NCBI GenBank assembly: GCA_031367385.1
Contig: JANLPS010000079.1
Span: 1 to 14,976 of the forward strand
Length of the DNA stretch: 14,976 nt
Direction: 5' to 3'
Origin: Archangium sp.
Lineage (GTDB): Bacteria; Myxococcota; Myxococcia; Myxococcales; Myxococcaceae
The notes beneath the pieces are model-generated. The model ran no database searches, was not told where the DNA came from, and saw nothing but the letters and a program-made list of their open reading frames with translations. Positions within the stretch are counted from its first letter, which is position 1; each line of letters opens with the position of its first letter. Below, in pieces: positions 1-9,819 of this stretch. The position numbers and the translations under genes are program-made.

Positions 1-641
1 TCGGCGTGGCGGTGACGTCGGTGCACCTGGTGCTCGATGACATCGACGCGATTATCGAGGCGCTGATGTTGGCGAAGCGGCGATCGCGCTGGGTCATCAC
101 CAGCGGCGGCATCGGCCCGACCCACGATGACGTGACCGTGCGAGCAGTGGCACTGTCGCTCGGCCGGCGGGTGGTGCAGATACCCGAGATGACGCAGCTG
201 ATTCGCGCGGCGTACGACGGTGAAGTGGTACCCGCGGCGGCGATGCGGCTCTCGGAGGGGCCTGAAGGCAGCCGGTTGCACGCCGACCCGACGCTCCGCT
301 TCCCCGTGCTCGAGTGCGAGAATATTTTCATGCTGCCCGGCGTGCCACAGCTGTTTCGACTGCAGCTCGAGGTGGTGTTGCGAGGGCTCGAGGGGTCGCC
401 GGTGTCGCTGCGAACGATGTACTTGAACGCCAGCGAATCAGACATCGCCGCGGTGCTCGACCGGGTGGCGCTGGCCAGGCCTGATGTGTCGATCGGCTCG
501 TACCCGACCTTCGACCCGGCCGATGAGTACCGGGTGAAGCTGACCATCGAGCACGCCGAGCTCGAGCAGGTGATGCAAGTGGTCGAGCGGCTCACGAAGG
601 AACTGCCGAGCGGATCGATCTTGCGGCACGGCGAGCGCTAA
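1..641 (+). CDS. CinA-like molybdopterin-binding (MoCF_biosynth) domain protein, putative FAD/ADP-ribose pyrophosphatase; 5'-truncated by window
   Basis: Family motifs TSGGIGPTHDDVT and FMLPGVP, followed by a short ESDIA..L..V...PDVSIGSYP domain. The frame is open from the window edge and ends at TAA 639-641. No C-terminal PncC/NMN-deamidase domain follows. Confidence 0.85.
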   Translation, partial: GVAVTSVHLVLDDIDAIIEALMLAKRRSRWVITSGGIGPTHDDVTVRAVALSLGRRVVQIPEMTQLIRAAYDGEVVPAAAMRLSEGPEGSRLHADPTLRFPVLECENIFMLPGVPQLFRLQLEVVLRGLEGSPVSLRTMYLNASESDIAAVLDRVALARPDVSIGSYPTFDPADEYRVKLTIEHAELEQVMQVVERLTKELPSGSILRHGER

Positions 642-649
642 TTCCGAAC

Positions 650-663
650 GGGGTGCGCACCCC
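650..663. terminator. GC-rich palindrome between convergent genes, possible bidirectional terminator
   Basis: Perfect 14-bp palindrome GGGGTGCGCACCCC in the 23-bp gap between the two stop codons. It can be extended by GAA/TTC with a bulge. There is no strong U-tract. Confidence 0.5.
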
Positions 664-664
664 T

Positions 665-3600
665 TCACGCCAGCGAGACACCCAGCCGCTGCCGCAACCG
701 AAACAGCTCGTCTGAGATCGCGAAGCCCATCAGCTCGCGCACGTCTTGCCGTTGATTGACCGCGGTGGCGATGGCCTCGGTCGTCTCTGGGCGAGGCGAG
801 TTCGGCGGGCCCTCTTCGCGCAGCATGATGTTGAGCCCCGAGGTCACATCGACGCACACCAGCAACCCAGCGCGGTCTTGCGAGTAGAGCAGCCCCTGCA
901 CCAGTGACTCGACGTTCACCCCCGGCAAGGTCATCGCCGTGTCTGCGGGTTCTTTGAGCGCGTTGAGGGCCTTGCGAGAATACGCCTTGCGCAGCGCCTT
1001 GCTCTGGTCGTCGTTTCGCCGCCCGACCGCGTCGTAGGTCGGCTGGTGAATGCGAATCGAGTTGCCCAACACATCGGCGACCTCGGTGGCTGACATGCGG
1101 CGCAAGATCGCGAGCTTGTCGGTCAGCGCCAACGCGGCCCGACCAAAGAGAAACCGCTGCTCGCGAATGTTGAAGCGCCGCACCACGTCGGGCCCGACGA
1201 TGATCGACAGCGGCTCGGTGGTCTCGAGCGACACGAAGCCGCGCTTGCCCTGATACGCCTCGAACTCATCGACCGAGAAGAGCTGGGTGACCGTCTGCAG
1301 CGCCTTGTAGATCGCGTGGTCGCTCTTGAGCCGGTCTGCCCGGCGGTCGACACCCGCTTGTTCGAATTGCGGTGGGCTCAGCTTGACGAACTGATCGCCA
1401 ATCGCCCGCAGCACGTCGACCATCACGTTGCGCGCGAGCGGGTGATGCAGCGAAGTCAGGTCAGGAGCGCCCAGCGTCGCCCGGAACTCGGTCGGCAGCC
1501 GGTTGCGCGCCTCGTTGTAGAAGGCGAGCTCGACGTCGGAGGCGGCCTTCAAGAACACCAACAGGCTCGCGGCGCAGAAGGCCTTGTCGAGCTGCCGCAT
1601 CGACTCCCACATCTTGAACAGTGAATGCAGGCTCTCAGCGCGGGTCGGCTCGAGCTTCAGCAGGCTGCGCTGGGTCTCGACCGCCATCGCCAGCGAGCCA
1701 CTGTCTCGGCCATACAGCTCGGCGAGCGCGACGTGCGCACCGATGTGCGTCGGGTCGAGGTCGATCACCTGCCGGTACCCGGCGATAGCGCGCTGCGGGT
1801 CATCGAGGCTCTTCGCGGCGATGGCGGCGATTCGCATTTTCAGCGCCAGCGCCTTGCGCACGTCGGCCGATTGCTGCGCCTGTTGTTCGAGCATCACCAC
1901 CAGCTCGTTCATCGCGCCGCTGCGCTCGTAGAGCGTCACCAGGCGATCGAGCGTGCCGACGTCACCCGGCACCAGGTCGAGCGCCTTGCGATACAAACTG
2001 ATCGCTTGCGGCACGTCGCCGAAGCCCTCATCAGCGATCTTCGCGAGCGCAATCGAGTGCCGCGCGCGCGCCGTGGGTGAGGTCTCGACCTCGAGCAGTC
2101 GGCGCAGACAATCGGCCGCGCCAGTCCAATTGCGCGAGGCGGTGTGAATCGAGGCCAGCCGCTCGAGCGCCTCGACGCTGTTGGGGTCTCCAGAGAGCGC
2201 GGTCTGCAAGTGCGCCGCGGCGCGCGTCTGGTCGCTCAGGTGATCGTGGTAGAGCGCTCCCAATTTCAGGTGAATCTGGGCCAGCTGGGCGGCGTCACCA
2301 CCTTGCTGGGCGCGCACCGCGAACGCAGCCGCGGCGTCAGCATAGTTCTTGTCTTCGAGCGCCATCACGCCCTTGAGCTCGAGCGCGTCGGGCAGGGTGG
2401 GCATCGCCATCAGCGCCTTGCCGAGCGCGGCCATCGCCGACTCTCGGTCTTTGAGCTGATCGAGGTGAATGCGGGCGGCCAGAAAATACTCGCTCGAGGC
2501 AGTGAGCAGATCTTTCTGCGCCACCTTCGCCTCGCCGCGCTTCTCGTGCAGCTTCGCCAGATCAGCCGCTCCACCGCGTTTGGCGAGGAGGTCTTCGAAG
2601 GCAGGCCCGGCTTCGGAGTGCAGGGGCTCACGCTCGAGCACCTTGCTGAGCAGGGCCGAGGCGCCCTCGACGTCATTCTGGTGATCTCGCGCGATCTTCG
2701 CGGCCTCGAGCAAGGCGTGGGTGATGGTCGCTTGATCATGCGCATGTGCCGCGATGCGTTCGAGCACCCGGCGCGCGCGCAGCACGTCGCCTTGCTTCAG
2801 GTACGAGCGAACCAACCCTTGCAGCGCTGGGTACAGATCGGGGGCCGCCTGCAGCGCACCCTCGTAGGCGAGAATCGCGCTGGCAGGGTCGCGCAGCCGC
2901 ATCTCGTGGAGGTCAGCAATGCGCAACGAGAGCTGCAGCATGTCTGACGAGTCGGTGGTGGTCGCGCGGCGGCGCTCGTAGAGGGCGACCAGCCCACCCG
3001 CGTCACCCATCTTCTGCAGCGCGCGCTCGAGCACCAACCCCAACGCTTCGTCGGTTGGGTCGGCCATGAACGCCATCTTGAGCTGCTCGAGCACCTCCTC
3101 GGTCGGCTTGCCCTGCGGGTCGAGGGTGTCTTGCATCGAGAACCGAATCGCCGCGGCGAGCTTCGGGTCTCCGATGGCCTCGGCGATGCGTGCACGCAGC
3201 TCGGCGCGGCGGGGCTTGTCGTTCGCGCGAACGCGCTCGAGCAGTCGCAAGGCCGCCAGGTTGTGGGGCTGAACCGCCAGCGCGCTGTCACAGCAGCTCG
3301 CGGCACGCGCGGGCTCGTTGATTCGATCGAGGTACAGCCGCGCCAACTTGAGCCAGGCGGCGACCTTGTCGGCCGGAGACCCGGTTTGCGTCTGGCGATC
3401 GAGCAAGACGATCAGCTCTTTGACGTCGTCTTTGAGGGTCAGCAGCCGCTCGAGCTGTTGCAGCGCCGTCGAGTGATTCGGCGCCAGCCGCAGCACTTCT
3501 TGGTACCCCTCAATCGCCCGGTCGGGCTTCTTGAGCTGGTCTTCCCAGATCGCGGCGGCTTGAAACATCGCGTTGGCGCGTTCGGTCGGGTCGGTGCGGT

Positions 3601-5677
3601 TCGCGGCTTCGGCGTGGAGAATGTCGATCACGTTCTCCCAGCTGCCCTGAGCGCGGTACAAGCGGCCCAACGCGCGCAACGCGGCCGCGTGGTTGGGAGA
3701 GAGCGTCAGCACCTCTTGGTACAGCGCGATCGCGTCGTTCTCGTTCTTCTGTTTGTGCTCGGCCAGCTCGCCGATCTTCTGGATCAGGTTCGCGGCCTGC
3801 TCGGTCGACGGAGCGATCTCCGCTTCGGCGCGGTACATGGCGCCCAGTGAGTCCCACCGGCCGTCTTGGCCGTAGAGGCGGCCGAGCGCACGCAGGGCAG
3901 GCAGGTAGGTGGGTGAGAGCTGCAGCACCCGCTCCCAGGCCGAGATGGCGGCCGGGCGATCTTTGAGCTGCTCTTCGAGAATCTCGGCGTTGCGGTGAGC
4001 GAGGGAGATCACCTGCTTGGTGTCGTTCGCCAAGCGAGACTCTTGCTCGTTGAGCGCGAGCAGATCAGACCACCAGCCGATGCGCTCATAGAGCCGGCCT
4101 AAGTTGCGCATGCTGGCGAGGTGGTCGGGCGCGAGGTCGAGCACCCGCTTGAGGCTCTCGATCGCACGGGGGAGGTCGGTCAACCGATCTTCGTGCAGCG
4201 CGGCGATCTTGTTGAGCGTGGTGATCTGCTGATCGCGATCGGTGATCAGCATCAGGTCGGCTTCGTACATGCCGATCAGATCGTTCCACTTGCCCAGCTT
4301 CTCGTAGAGGCGGGTGAGCGCCTTCTGCGCCGGCAAGAAGCCCGGTGAGAGCTGCAGCGCCTGGTTCAAGCGGCCGATCGCTTCGTCGACCCGGCCAAGG
4401 CGTTCTTCGAGTGTCTCGGCGGCTTTGTAGATTCGACCGGCCTTGGTACGCGCGTCATCGGCCGCGGCCGCTTCGGCTTCGTAGGTCTCGATCAGCCCCT
4501 GCCAGTTCTGGCCTCGAAAGTAGAGCTTGCCCAGGCCGGCCAGCGCTCCGCCGTGACCAGAGACCCGCTCGAGAATCGCTTTGTACCGCTTGACCGCTTC
4601 AGGGTCGCGCTTGAGCTGTTCTTCGTAGAGCGAGGCCAGGCGCAGGTTGATCGCGACGAACTCGCTCTCATCGTTGTTGTGCTGAACCCACGTCACCAAC
4701 ACGTCGGCCAGCTCTTCGAAGCGCCCCTGGCTCTCGTAGATGCGCGCGAGCTCGGAGAGCACCAGCGGGTCGGTCGCCGCCACCCGGCGCGCCGCGAGCA
4801 ACGCCGCCAACGCGTCTTCGGGCCTGCCCAGCCGCTCGTAGGCCTTCGAGATCTGCAAGAACGTCGGAGCCGCCAGCGCCCCTTGCCCCTCGGCCTCGGC
4901 CGCCAGCGCCGCGAGCTCTTCGTCGACGGTGCCTTCGCGTTGCGAGACCCGCTTGATCGCCGCCAACAGCTGCGCGTCTTTTCGGTCGATCGCGAAGGCC
5001 GCGCGAAACAGCTCGGACGCGGTCTTCGGGTCTTTGAGCCGGTCTTCGAGCAGCAACCCCGCCGAGGTGAGGAAGTGCGCGCGGGCTCCGTCTTCGGCCA
5101 CGACCTTGGCCAGCAACCGGTAGACGCGAACCAGCGAGGGGTAGTCGCCTTTTTCGGTGAACACCTGCTCGAGCTGCACCAGCAGCGTGACGTCTTCGGG
5201 CTCGAGCGCGAGGCACTGGGCGATCGCGGCGAGGCCCTCAGGCTCTTTCGACAGTCGTTGCTCGAGCACCTGGCCCTTCTCGAACAGCAGCGCGGCTTTG
5301 CCACGGCGCGCCTCGGTGGCCGAGAGCTCGGCGTCGAGCAGCTGCACCACCATCACCCAATTGCCGACCTCGGCGAAGAGCCGGCGCGCGGCCCGAATGT
5401 TCGCCAGAAAGCGAGGCGCGAGCTTGAACGCGCTCTGGTACGCGACCGCTGCGTTTCGGGGGTGGCGGAGCGGGGTCTCCCACAGCAGACCCATCTCGTG
5501 AAAGAGCAGGGCTGCACCGCTCGAGGTGCCCAGCGCGCGGGCCTCTCGCTCGAGCGTCGCGATGCGGGCGCGGGCCTCTTCTTCAGTGGCCGTGGCAGGT
5601 TCTGCGGTCTGCACCGGGAGCGGGATTGCAGGAATGGCGGTGGACAGGGTTCTCGGCTGATCGGAACGCTCGGTCAT
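665..5677 (-). CDS. Giant tetratricopeptide-repeat protein (myxobacterial type) with a non-TPR C-terminal domain
   Basis: Many helical-hairpin repeats of the form A...Y..VL.L.P.H..AL..L.RLY...G.W..L. The likely start is ATG 5677 (MTERSDQ), which overlaps the hutH stop as ATGA and follows GAAGGCGG. The ORF track extends it to 5695. No signal peptide is apparent. Confidence 0.85.
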   Translation of the reverse strand: MTERSDQPRTLSTAIPAIPLPVQTAEPATATEEEARARIATLEREARALGTSSGAALLFHEMGLLWETPLRHPRNAAVAYQSAFKLAPRFLANIRAARRLFAEVGNWVMVVQLLDAELSATEARRGKAALLFEKGQVLEQRLSKEPEGLAAIAQCLALEPEDVTLLVQLEQVFTEKGDYPSLVRVYRLLAKVVAEDGARAHFLTSAGLLLEDRLKDPKTASELFRAAFAIDRKDAQLLAAIKRVSQREGTVDEELAALAAEAEGQGALAAPTFLQISKAYERLGRPEDALAALLAARRVAATDPLVLSELARIYESQGRFEELADVLVTWVQHNNDESEFVAINLRLASLYEEQLKRDPEAVKRYKAILERVSGHGGALAGLGKLYFRGQNWQGLIETYEAEAAAADDARTKAGRIYKAAETLEERLGRVDEAIGRLNQALQLSPGFLPAQKALTRLYEKLGKWNDLIGMYEADLMLITDRDQQITTLNKIAALHEDRLTDLPRAIESLKRVLDLAPDHLASMRNLGRLYERIGWWSDLLALNEQESRLANDTKQVISLAHRNAEILEEQLKDRPAAISAWERVLQLSPTYLPALRALGRLYGQDGRWDSLGAMYRAEAEIAPSTEQAANLIQKIGELAEHKQKNENDAIALYQEVLTLSPNHAAALRALGRLYRAQGSWENVIDILHAEAANRTDPTERANAMFQAAAIWEDQLKKPDRAIEGYQEVLRLAPNHSTALQQLERLLTLKDDVKELIVLLDRQTQTGSPADKVAAWLKLARLYLDRINEPARAASCCDSALAVQPHNLAALRLLERVRANDKPRRAELRARIAEAIGDPKLAAAIRFSMQDTLDPQGKPTEEVLEQLKMAFMADPTDEALGLVLERALQKMGDAGGLVALYERRRATTTDSSDMLQLSLRIADLHEMRLRDPASAILAYEGALQAAPDLYPALQGLVRSYLKQGDVLRARRVLERIAAHAHDQATITHALLEAAKIARDHQNDVEGASALLSKVLEREPLHSEAGPAFEDLLAKRGGAADLAKLHEKRGEAKVAQKDLLTASSEYFLAARIHLDQLKDRESAMAALGKALMAMPTLPDALELKGVMALEDKNYADAAAAFAVRAQQGGDAAQLAQIHLKLGALYHDHLSDQTRAAAHLQTALSGDPNSVEALERLASIHTASRNWTGAADCLRRLLEVETSPTARARHSIALAKIADEGFGDVPQAISLYRKALDLVPGDVGTLDRLVTLYERSGAMNELVVMLEQQAQQSADVRKALALKMRIAAIAAKSLDDPQRAIAGYRQVIDLDPTHIGAHVALAELYGRDSGSLAMAVETQRSLLKLEPTRAESLHSLFKMWESMRQLDKAFCAASLLVFLKAASDVELAFYNEARNRLPTEFRATLGAPDLTSLHHPLARNVMVDVLRAIGDQFVKLSPPQFEQAGVDRRADRLKSDHAIYKALQTVTQLFSVDEFEAYQGKRGFVSLETTEPLSIIVGPDVVRRFNIREQRFLFGRAALALTDKLAILRRMSATEVADVLGNSIRIHQPTYDAVGRRNDDQSKALRKAYSRKALNALKEPADTAMTLPGVNVESLVQGLLYSQDRAGLLVCVDVTSGLNIMLREEGPPNSPRPETTEAIATAVNQRQDVRELMGFAISDELFRLRQRLGVSLA

Positions 5678-7206
5678 GCACCGCCTTCGTAGCATGCACG
5701 TCGCACGGCCTGCAGCAGTTCTCCCGAGTCAATCAGCGACGCCACCGTCGAAATGTCTTTGTGAATTTCGCGATCGCGTTCCATGAACGGCACCCGGCTG
5801 CGAATCAGGGTGTGCGCGACGTGCGGCCCCTTGCCCGGTTTGCCCGGCGCGCGAAAGTCGATCGCCTGGCTCGCCACCAGCAATTCGATCGCCAGCACCT
5901 GCTTGACGAACTCGGCGATCGAGCGGGCCTTGAGCGCCGCGGTCATGCCCATCGAGACGTGATCTTCGCGCCCCGCGGAGGACGGAATCGAGTCGACCGA
6001 GGCCGGGTGGCACAAGATGCGCGACTCGGCGACCAGCGCCGCCGCGGTGACCTGGGCGATCATGAAGCCCGAGTTGAGGCCGGGGTTCTTCGCCAGAAAC
6101 GGAGGCAGCCCAGAGAGTGACGGGTTCACCATCTGCTCGACCCGGCGCTCGCTGATCGACGCCAACTGGGTCAGTGCCATCGCCAGCACGTCGAGCGCCA
6201 ACGAGACCGGCTGCCCGTGAAAATTGCCTGCCGAGACGAGCTCTTCGGTCTCGACGAACACCAACGGGTTGTCGGTGCCGGCGTTGACTTCGATCTCCAG
6301 AGTGCGGCGGCAGAAGGTGAGGCCGTCGCGGGCCGCTCCATGCACCTGGGGTATGCAGCGAAGCGAGTAGGGGTCTTGCACTTTGGTGCAGTCGACGTGG
6401 GTCTCGACCAGCTCGCTGTCGGCCAAGAGCGCGCGCATGTGCTTCGCGACCGTGCCGTGACCTGGGTGCGGGCGAACCAGGTGCACGCCGGGCACGAAGG
6501 GTTTGTGCGAGCCCAACATGCCTTCGATGGTCATCGCTCCGGCGAGGTCGAAGAGCTCGGCCAGCTCTTCGGCCAAGAGGAGTGAAGGTACGCCAACTGC
6601 GCACATCGCCTGGGTGCCGTTGACGAGGGTGAGGCCTTCTTTGGCTTCGAGCACGACCGGTTCGAGGCCGGCTTTGTGCAGAGCGGTGCGGCCCGGCATG
6701 CGTTGACCGTCGAAGAACGCTTCGCCTTCGCCGATGAAGACGAGGGCGAGGTGCGCGAGGGGGGCGAGGTCGCCTGAGGCGCCGACGCTGCCACGGTCTG
6801 GCACGACGGGGGTGACGCCGCGGTTGAGCATGTCGAGGCCCAGCTGGAGGGTCGAGGGCCGAATGCCCGAGTACCCCTTCGCGAGCACATTGCAGCGCAA
6901 GAGCAGCAGCGCCCGTGCCTCGGGGAGCGAGAGCGGGGTGCCGACTCCGGCCGCGTGCGAGACGATCAGGTTTCGCTGCAGCTCGCGGAGGTCTTTTTTA
7001 TCGATGCGCACCTCGGCCAAGGTGCCGAAGCCGGTGTTGATGCCGTAGGCGGGCTCGTCACCGGCGGCGATCTTCTCGACCAGGGCGCGGGCTTTGGTGA
7101 CGCGCTCGAGCGCGGTGGGGTCGAGCGTGACCACTTGGTTTCGAAAGGCGATGTCTCGAATCTGCTCGAGCGTGAGGGTGTTGCCGTCGAGGCGAAGGGT
7201 GCTCAT
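5674..7206 (-). CDS. hutH: Histidine ammonia-lyase
   Basis: Contains [19 protein letters not shown] (the HAL-type SH specificity pair), the MIO-forming [38 protein letters not shown] and EDHVSMG. ATG 7206 is preferred as start; GTG 7218 is an alternative. Confidence 0.96.
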   Translation of the reverse strand: MSTLRLDGNTLTLEQIRDIAFRNQVVTLDPTALERVTKARALVEKIAAGDEPAYGINTGFGTLAEVRIDKKDLRELQRNLIVSHAAGVGTPLSLPEARALLLLRCNVLAKGYSGIRPSTLQLGLDMLNRGVTPVVPDRGSVGASGDLAPLAHLALVFIGEGEAFFDGQRMPGRTALHKAGLEPVVLEAKEGLTLVNGTQAMCAVGVPSLLLAEELAELFDLAGAMTIEGMLGSHKPFVPGVHLVRPHPGHGTVAKHMRALLADSELVETHVDCTKVQDPYSLRCIPQVHGAARDGLTFCRRTLEIEVNAGTDNPLVFVETEELVSAGNFHGQPVSLALDVLAMALTQLASISERRVEQMVNPSLSGLPPFLAKNPGLNSGFMIAQVTAAALVAESRILCHPASVDSIPSSAGREDHVSMGMTAALKARSIAEFVKQVLAIELLVASQAIDFRAPGKPGKGPHVAHTLIRSRVPFMERDREIHKDISTVASLIDSGELLQAVRRACYEGGA

Positions 7207-7273
7207 TTGGGCGCGCACCGTATACCTCTGGCCTTCAGAGAGAAGCTCGATCGGGCTGACTCGCCGCGTTAGC

Positions 7274-7282
7274 TGCTAGCGT
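7274..7282 (+). promoter_or_regulatory. Putative extended -10 element (TGnTAnnnT) for a leaderless transcript
   Basis: TGCTAGCGT ends 6 nt before ATG 7289, and no Shine-Dalgarno sequence precedes that ATG. Confidence 0.4.
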
Positions 7283-7288
7283 GTCGAT

Positions 7289-8926
7289 ATGCGGGTAGCG
7301 GTGGTGGGGCTTGGGTTGGTCTTCGCAATGTCAGGGTGCCGCTGCCTGGCGTCGGTCGATGAGACAACCGCCGATGCAGGGCTCTCGGGCGATGGCGGAG
7401 TGCTCTCACGTGATGGCGGGGCGCTCACTGACGATGGGGGATCGCTCGCGAGCGATGGCGGAGTGCTCTCGGTCGATGGGGGGGCGCTCTCAATTGATGG
7501 CGGGGCGCTCGACAGCGGGTCACCCATCACCGATGCAGGCCCCTCCTCTGTTGATGCCGGCACGACGAGCCGTGACGCGGGCCCCGGAGCCTCTGATGCG
7601 GGGACGCCAATCGCCGAAGTGTGTGACGGAATCGACAATGACCTCGACGGGCTCATTGATGATGCCCCTGATGGCGCGGTGCTCTCGCGAGATTGCCCGT
7701 TGTCACTCGGCGTCTGCGCGGACATCAAATCGCCATGCGTCGACGGCGGGTACCAAGCCTGTGACTACGGCCCCAACTACCAGTTGACCGAGCACAAGTG
7801 CGACGGGTTGGACAACGACTGCGACGGTCGCGTCGACAAGTCGTGGGTGCGCACGTTGCCCGGGGCCACCAATGGGCTCTCGACCCCCTTCTGGTACGGA
7901 CTGACAAATCATCAGCAACTCATTCGCGTTAGCGAGCGGTTCATCTTGAATCTGCCTGGCTCGGTGCTCGAGCTTGACGATGACCTTCGCATCACAAGGC
8001 GAATCAGTTTTCCCCGTTCAACTCAGGTGAGTCTTGGATTCGGTATGAGTCGTCTCTTCCCAGCCGATGATGGCGATGGCTGGCAAAGAATCATCCTCGA
8101 AGACACCGACGTCGACTTGTGCGTCGAGGTCCACCGATTGTTTGCCGATGCCGGATATCCGACCCGCTCAAATGGCGATCTGGAGTTCACGGCTCAGCGC
8201 TGCCCGGGTCCCCGGCACTATCTGGGTTACGGCCCGGTAGCTGCAATCTCGAAGCTCGGCAGAGTCGTGAAACTCGATGAAGTGGGGTCTGCCATTGACG
8301 ATGCCGGGGCGGGCTACGGTCGGTACTACCCAGACTTGCTCGATGGAGGAGCCGCCTACACCTCGTTTGGCACGGGCTTCCCGTGGCCTCTTGGCTACCG
8401 CAGCGTGTCGCCATACAGGGACGGCTTCATCCTGGCATGGAGCTCGTCCCCAGCTTCCGTTACCAGAATCGATGAATGCGGTTCGCCTTTCGTCTGCGTA
8501 CCGATCGCCACGCTGCCTCGAGAAAATTGCAGTCTCGCAGCTGTCGATCCCTTGGTCTTCTCCTGCATCTCCACCACCAACGAGGTCGGGTCAGACTGGT
8601 TGTTCGGCGACGGAGGCGTGATTCAAACGCAGCTCCCATCGACCAACCCAATCGTGGGGCAGATGGACCCGCTCGGCCGGCCATTCGCGACGCAGGACAC
8701 AGTCGACACTAATGGGAAACCGTCTGGTTTCGCGCTGGTTGAGGTCACCAAACAAGGCCTGTTTGAGTACGAGCGCCTTCTCATTCCAGGGTCAATTAAA
8801 GGCCTGGGCCTGGCGCCCCTTGATCACGAACTCCACCTGCTTATGTGGAGCGACCAGATGCCCGACCCAGACCCCAACCCATTCGTGCTCAGTCGCTTCA
8901 ATGCCGAGTACCTCTGCCTGCCTTAG
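7289..8926 (+). CDS. Putative lipoprotein with DGG heptad repeats, two CDGxDNDxDG (MopE-like putative metal-binding) motifs and an unassigned C-terminal region
   Basis: Signal MRVAVVGLGLVFAMSG-C resembles a lipobox. It is followed by a low-complexity D[AG]G linker, EVCDGIDNDLDGLIDD (7616-7663), EHKCDGLDNDCDGRVD (7790-7837) and a ~360-aa beta-rich-looking C-terminus. Confidence 0.75.
   Translation: MRVAVVGLGLVFAMSGCRCLASVDETTADAGLSGDGGVLSRDGGALTDDGGSLASDGGVLSVDGGALSIDGGALDSGSPITDAGPSSVDAGTTSRDAGPGASDAGTPIAEVCDGIDNDLDGLIDDAPDGAVLSRDCPLSLGVCADIKSPCVDGGYQACDYGPNYQLTEHKCDGLDNDCDGRVDKSWVRTLPGATNGLSTPFWYGLTNHQQLIRVSERFILNLPGSVLELDDDLRITRRISFPRSTQVSLGFGMSRLFPADDGDGWQRIILEDTDVDLCVEVHRLFADAGYPTRSNGDLEFTAQRCPGPRHYLGYGPVAAISKLGRVVKLDEVGSAIDDAGAGYGRYYPDLLDGGAAYTSFGTGFPWPLGYRSVSPYRDGFILAWSSSPASVTRIDECGSPFVCVPIATLPRENCSLAAVDPLVFSCISTTNEVGSDWLFGDGGVIQTQLPSTNPIVGQMDPLGRPFATQDTVDTNGKPSGFALVEVTKQGLFEYERLLIPGSIKGLGLAPLDHELHLLMWSDQMPDPDPNPFVLSRFNAEYLCLP
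7391..7516 (+). repeat. Imperfect 21-bp in-frame tandem repeat x6 (DGG[VAS]Lxx)
   Basis: Units start at 7391, 7412, 7433, 7454, 7475 and 7496. The consensus is GATGGCGG(A/G)G(C/T)GCTCnnnnnn. Confidence 0.9.
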
Positions 8927-8953
8927 CGCCGAGGTTTTGAGGTACACCACGCC

Positions 8954-9613
8954 ATGCTGATCGGCCTCATCGGTGACCGTGACGACTCGATCACCGCGCA
9001 CCGGGCGATACCTCTCGCACTCGCTGGCACGGCCTTCGAATGGGTCCCCACCGACGAGATCACGTCGACTCAGCGGCTCGAGCGATACGACGGCCTCTGG
9101 TGCGTACCTGGCAGCCCGTACCGCAGCATGAGCGGCGCCTTGCTCGCGATTCGCCACGCCCGACAAACCGGTCGCCCTTTCTTGGGCACCTGCGGCGGCT
9201 TTCAGCACGCCATCATCGAGTACGCGCGAGATCTGCTCGGTTGGGCCGACGCTGATCACGCCGAGACCGCTCCCGACGCTCACCGCCCGGTCATCTCGCT
9301 GCTCAGCTGCGCCCTCGTCGAAGCCTCAGAACCCATCGAATTGGTCGCAGGCTCGAAGATCGCCGCCGCGTACGGCGTACGCACCATCACCGAGGCCTAC
9401 CGCTGCCGCTACGGCCTCAACCCAGCCTTTCGCGAAGCCCTGCTCAAAGGCCCTCTGCGAATGAGCGCGCATGAGCCCAACGGAGAGGTTCGCGGCGTCG
9501 AGCTCGACGGTCACCCCTTCTTCGTCGCGACCCTCTTTCAACCCGAGCGCGCGGCGCTCCGCGGCGACCGAGCTCCATTGGTCGACGCCTTCGTCAAAGC
9601 CTGCGGCCCCTGA
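8954..9613 (+). CDS. Stand-alone CTP-synthase C-terminal-like class I glutamine amidotransferase
   Basis: IGLIGD, DGLWCVPGSPY, PFLGTCGGFQHAIIEYARD, CRYGLNP and HPFFVATLFQPE parallel the PyrG GATase domain. There is no synthetase domain. GAGG lies upstream of the start. Confidence 0.88.
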   Translation: MLIGLIGDRDDSITAHRAIPLALAGTAFEWVPTDEITSTQRLERYDGLWCVPGSPYRSMSGALLAIRHARQTGRPFLGTCGGFQHAIIEYARDLLGWADADHAETAPDAHRPVISLLSCALVEASEPIELVAGSKIAAAYGVRTITEAYRCRYGLNPAFREALLKGPLRMSAHEPNGEVRGVELDGHPFFVATLFQPERAALRGDRAPLVDAFVKACGP

Positions 9614-9819
9614 TGGACTGCGGCACTCCCAACAAGCACCTGCGCCGCAAGCAGCTCGTCAGGGTCGCGACCCGCGTGCTCGGGTCTGCCGAGGCGGCCG
9701 ACCAGTGGCTCAACACGCCCCAGCCCACCTTCGACAACGCGGTGCCGTTCTTCATGACCGACAGCCTCGACGGCTTTCAGCGCGTGCTCGAAGAGCTCGA
9801 AGCGATGGCCGCGCCGTAA
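9613..9819 (+). CDS. Xre/MbcA/ParS-type antitoxin C-terminal toxin-binding domain protein (DUF2384-like)
   Basis: ATRVLGSAEAADQWLNTP..TFDNAVP......DGFQRVLEEL fits the family pattern A..vfG..e.A..WL..P.......P.......G...V...L. The start overlaps the upstream stop as TGATG. Confidence 0.75.
   Translation: MDCGTPNKHLRRKQLVRVATRVLGSAEAADQWLNTPQPTFDNAVPFFMTDSLDGFQRVLEELEAMAAP

Noticed and set aside
665..5677. Naming the TPR protein as a specific gliding-motility protein (e.g. AgmK)
   Set aside because: The repeat style is similar, but orthology cannot be established without a search.
2144..5692. Long + strand ORFs (267, 239 and 379 aa) antisense to the TPR gene
   Set aside because: These are typical shadow ORFs of high-GC coding DNA. 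They have no recognisable motifs and fully overlap a well-supported gene.
5674..7206. Phenylalanine/tyrosine ammonia-lyase or aminomutase of a biosynthetic cluster
   Set aside because: It has the HAL-type SHAAGVG and EDHVSMG motifs, and no NRPS/PKS genes are nearby.
7207..7288. HutC operator upstream of hutH
   Set aside because: Only a GTATAC core is present, with no TGTA-N2-TACA-type palindrome and no hutC in the window.
7391..7516. Repeat array as a possible CRISPR
   Set aside because: The units are 21 bp, in frame and degenerate at wobble positions. There are no spacers of CRISPR length and no cas genes.
8954..9613. Calling the GATase pyrG or a pyrG pseudogene
   Set aside because: It has its own intact start and stop, no synthetase remnant upstream, and systematically different motifs.
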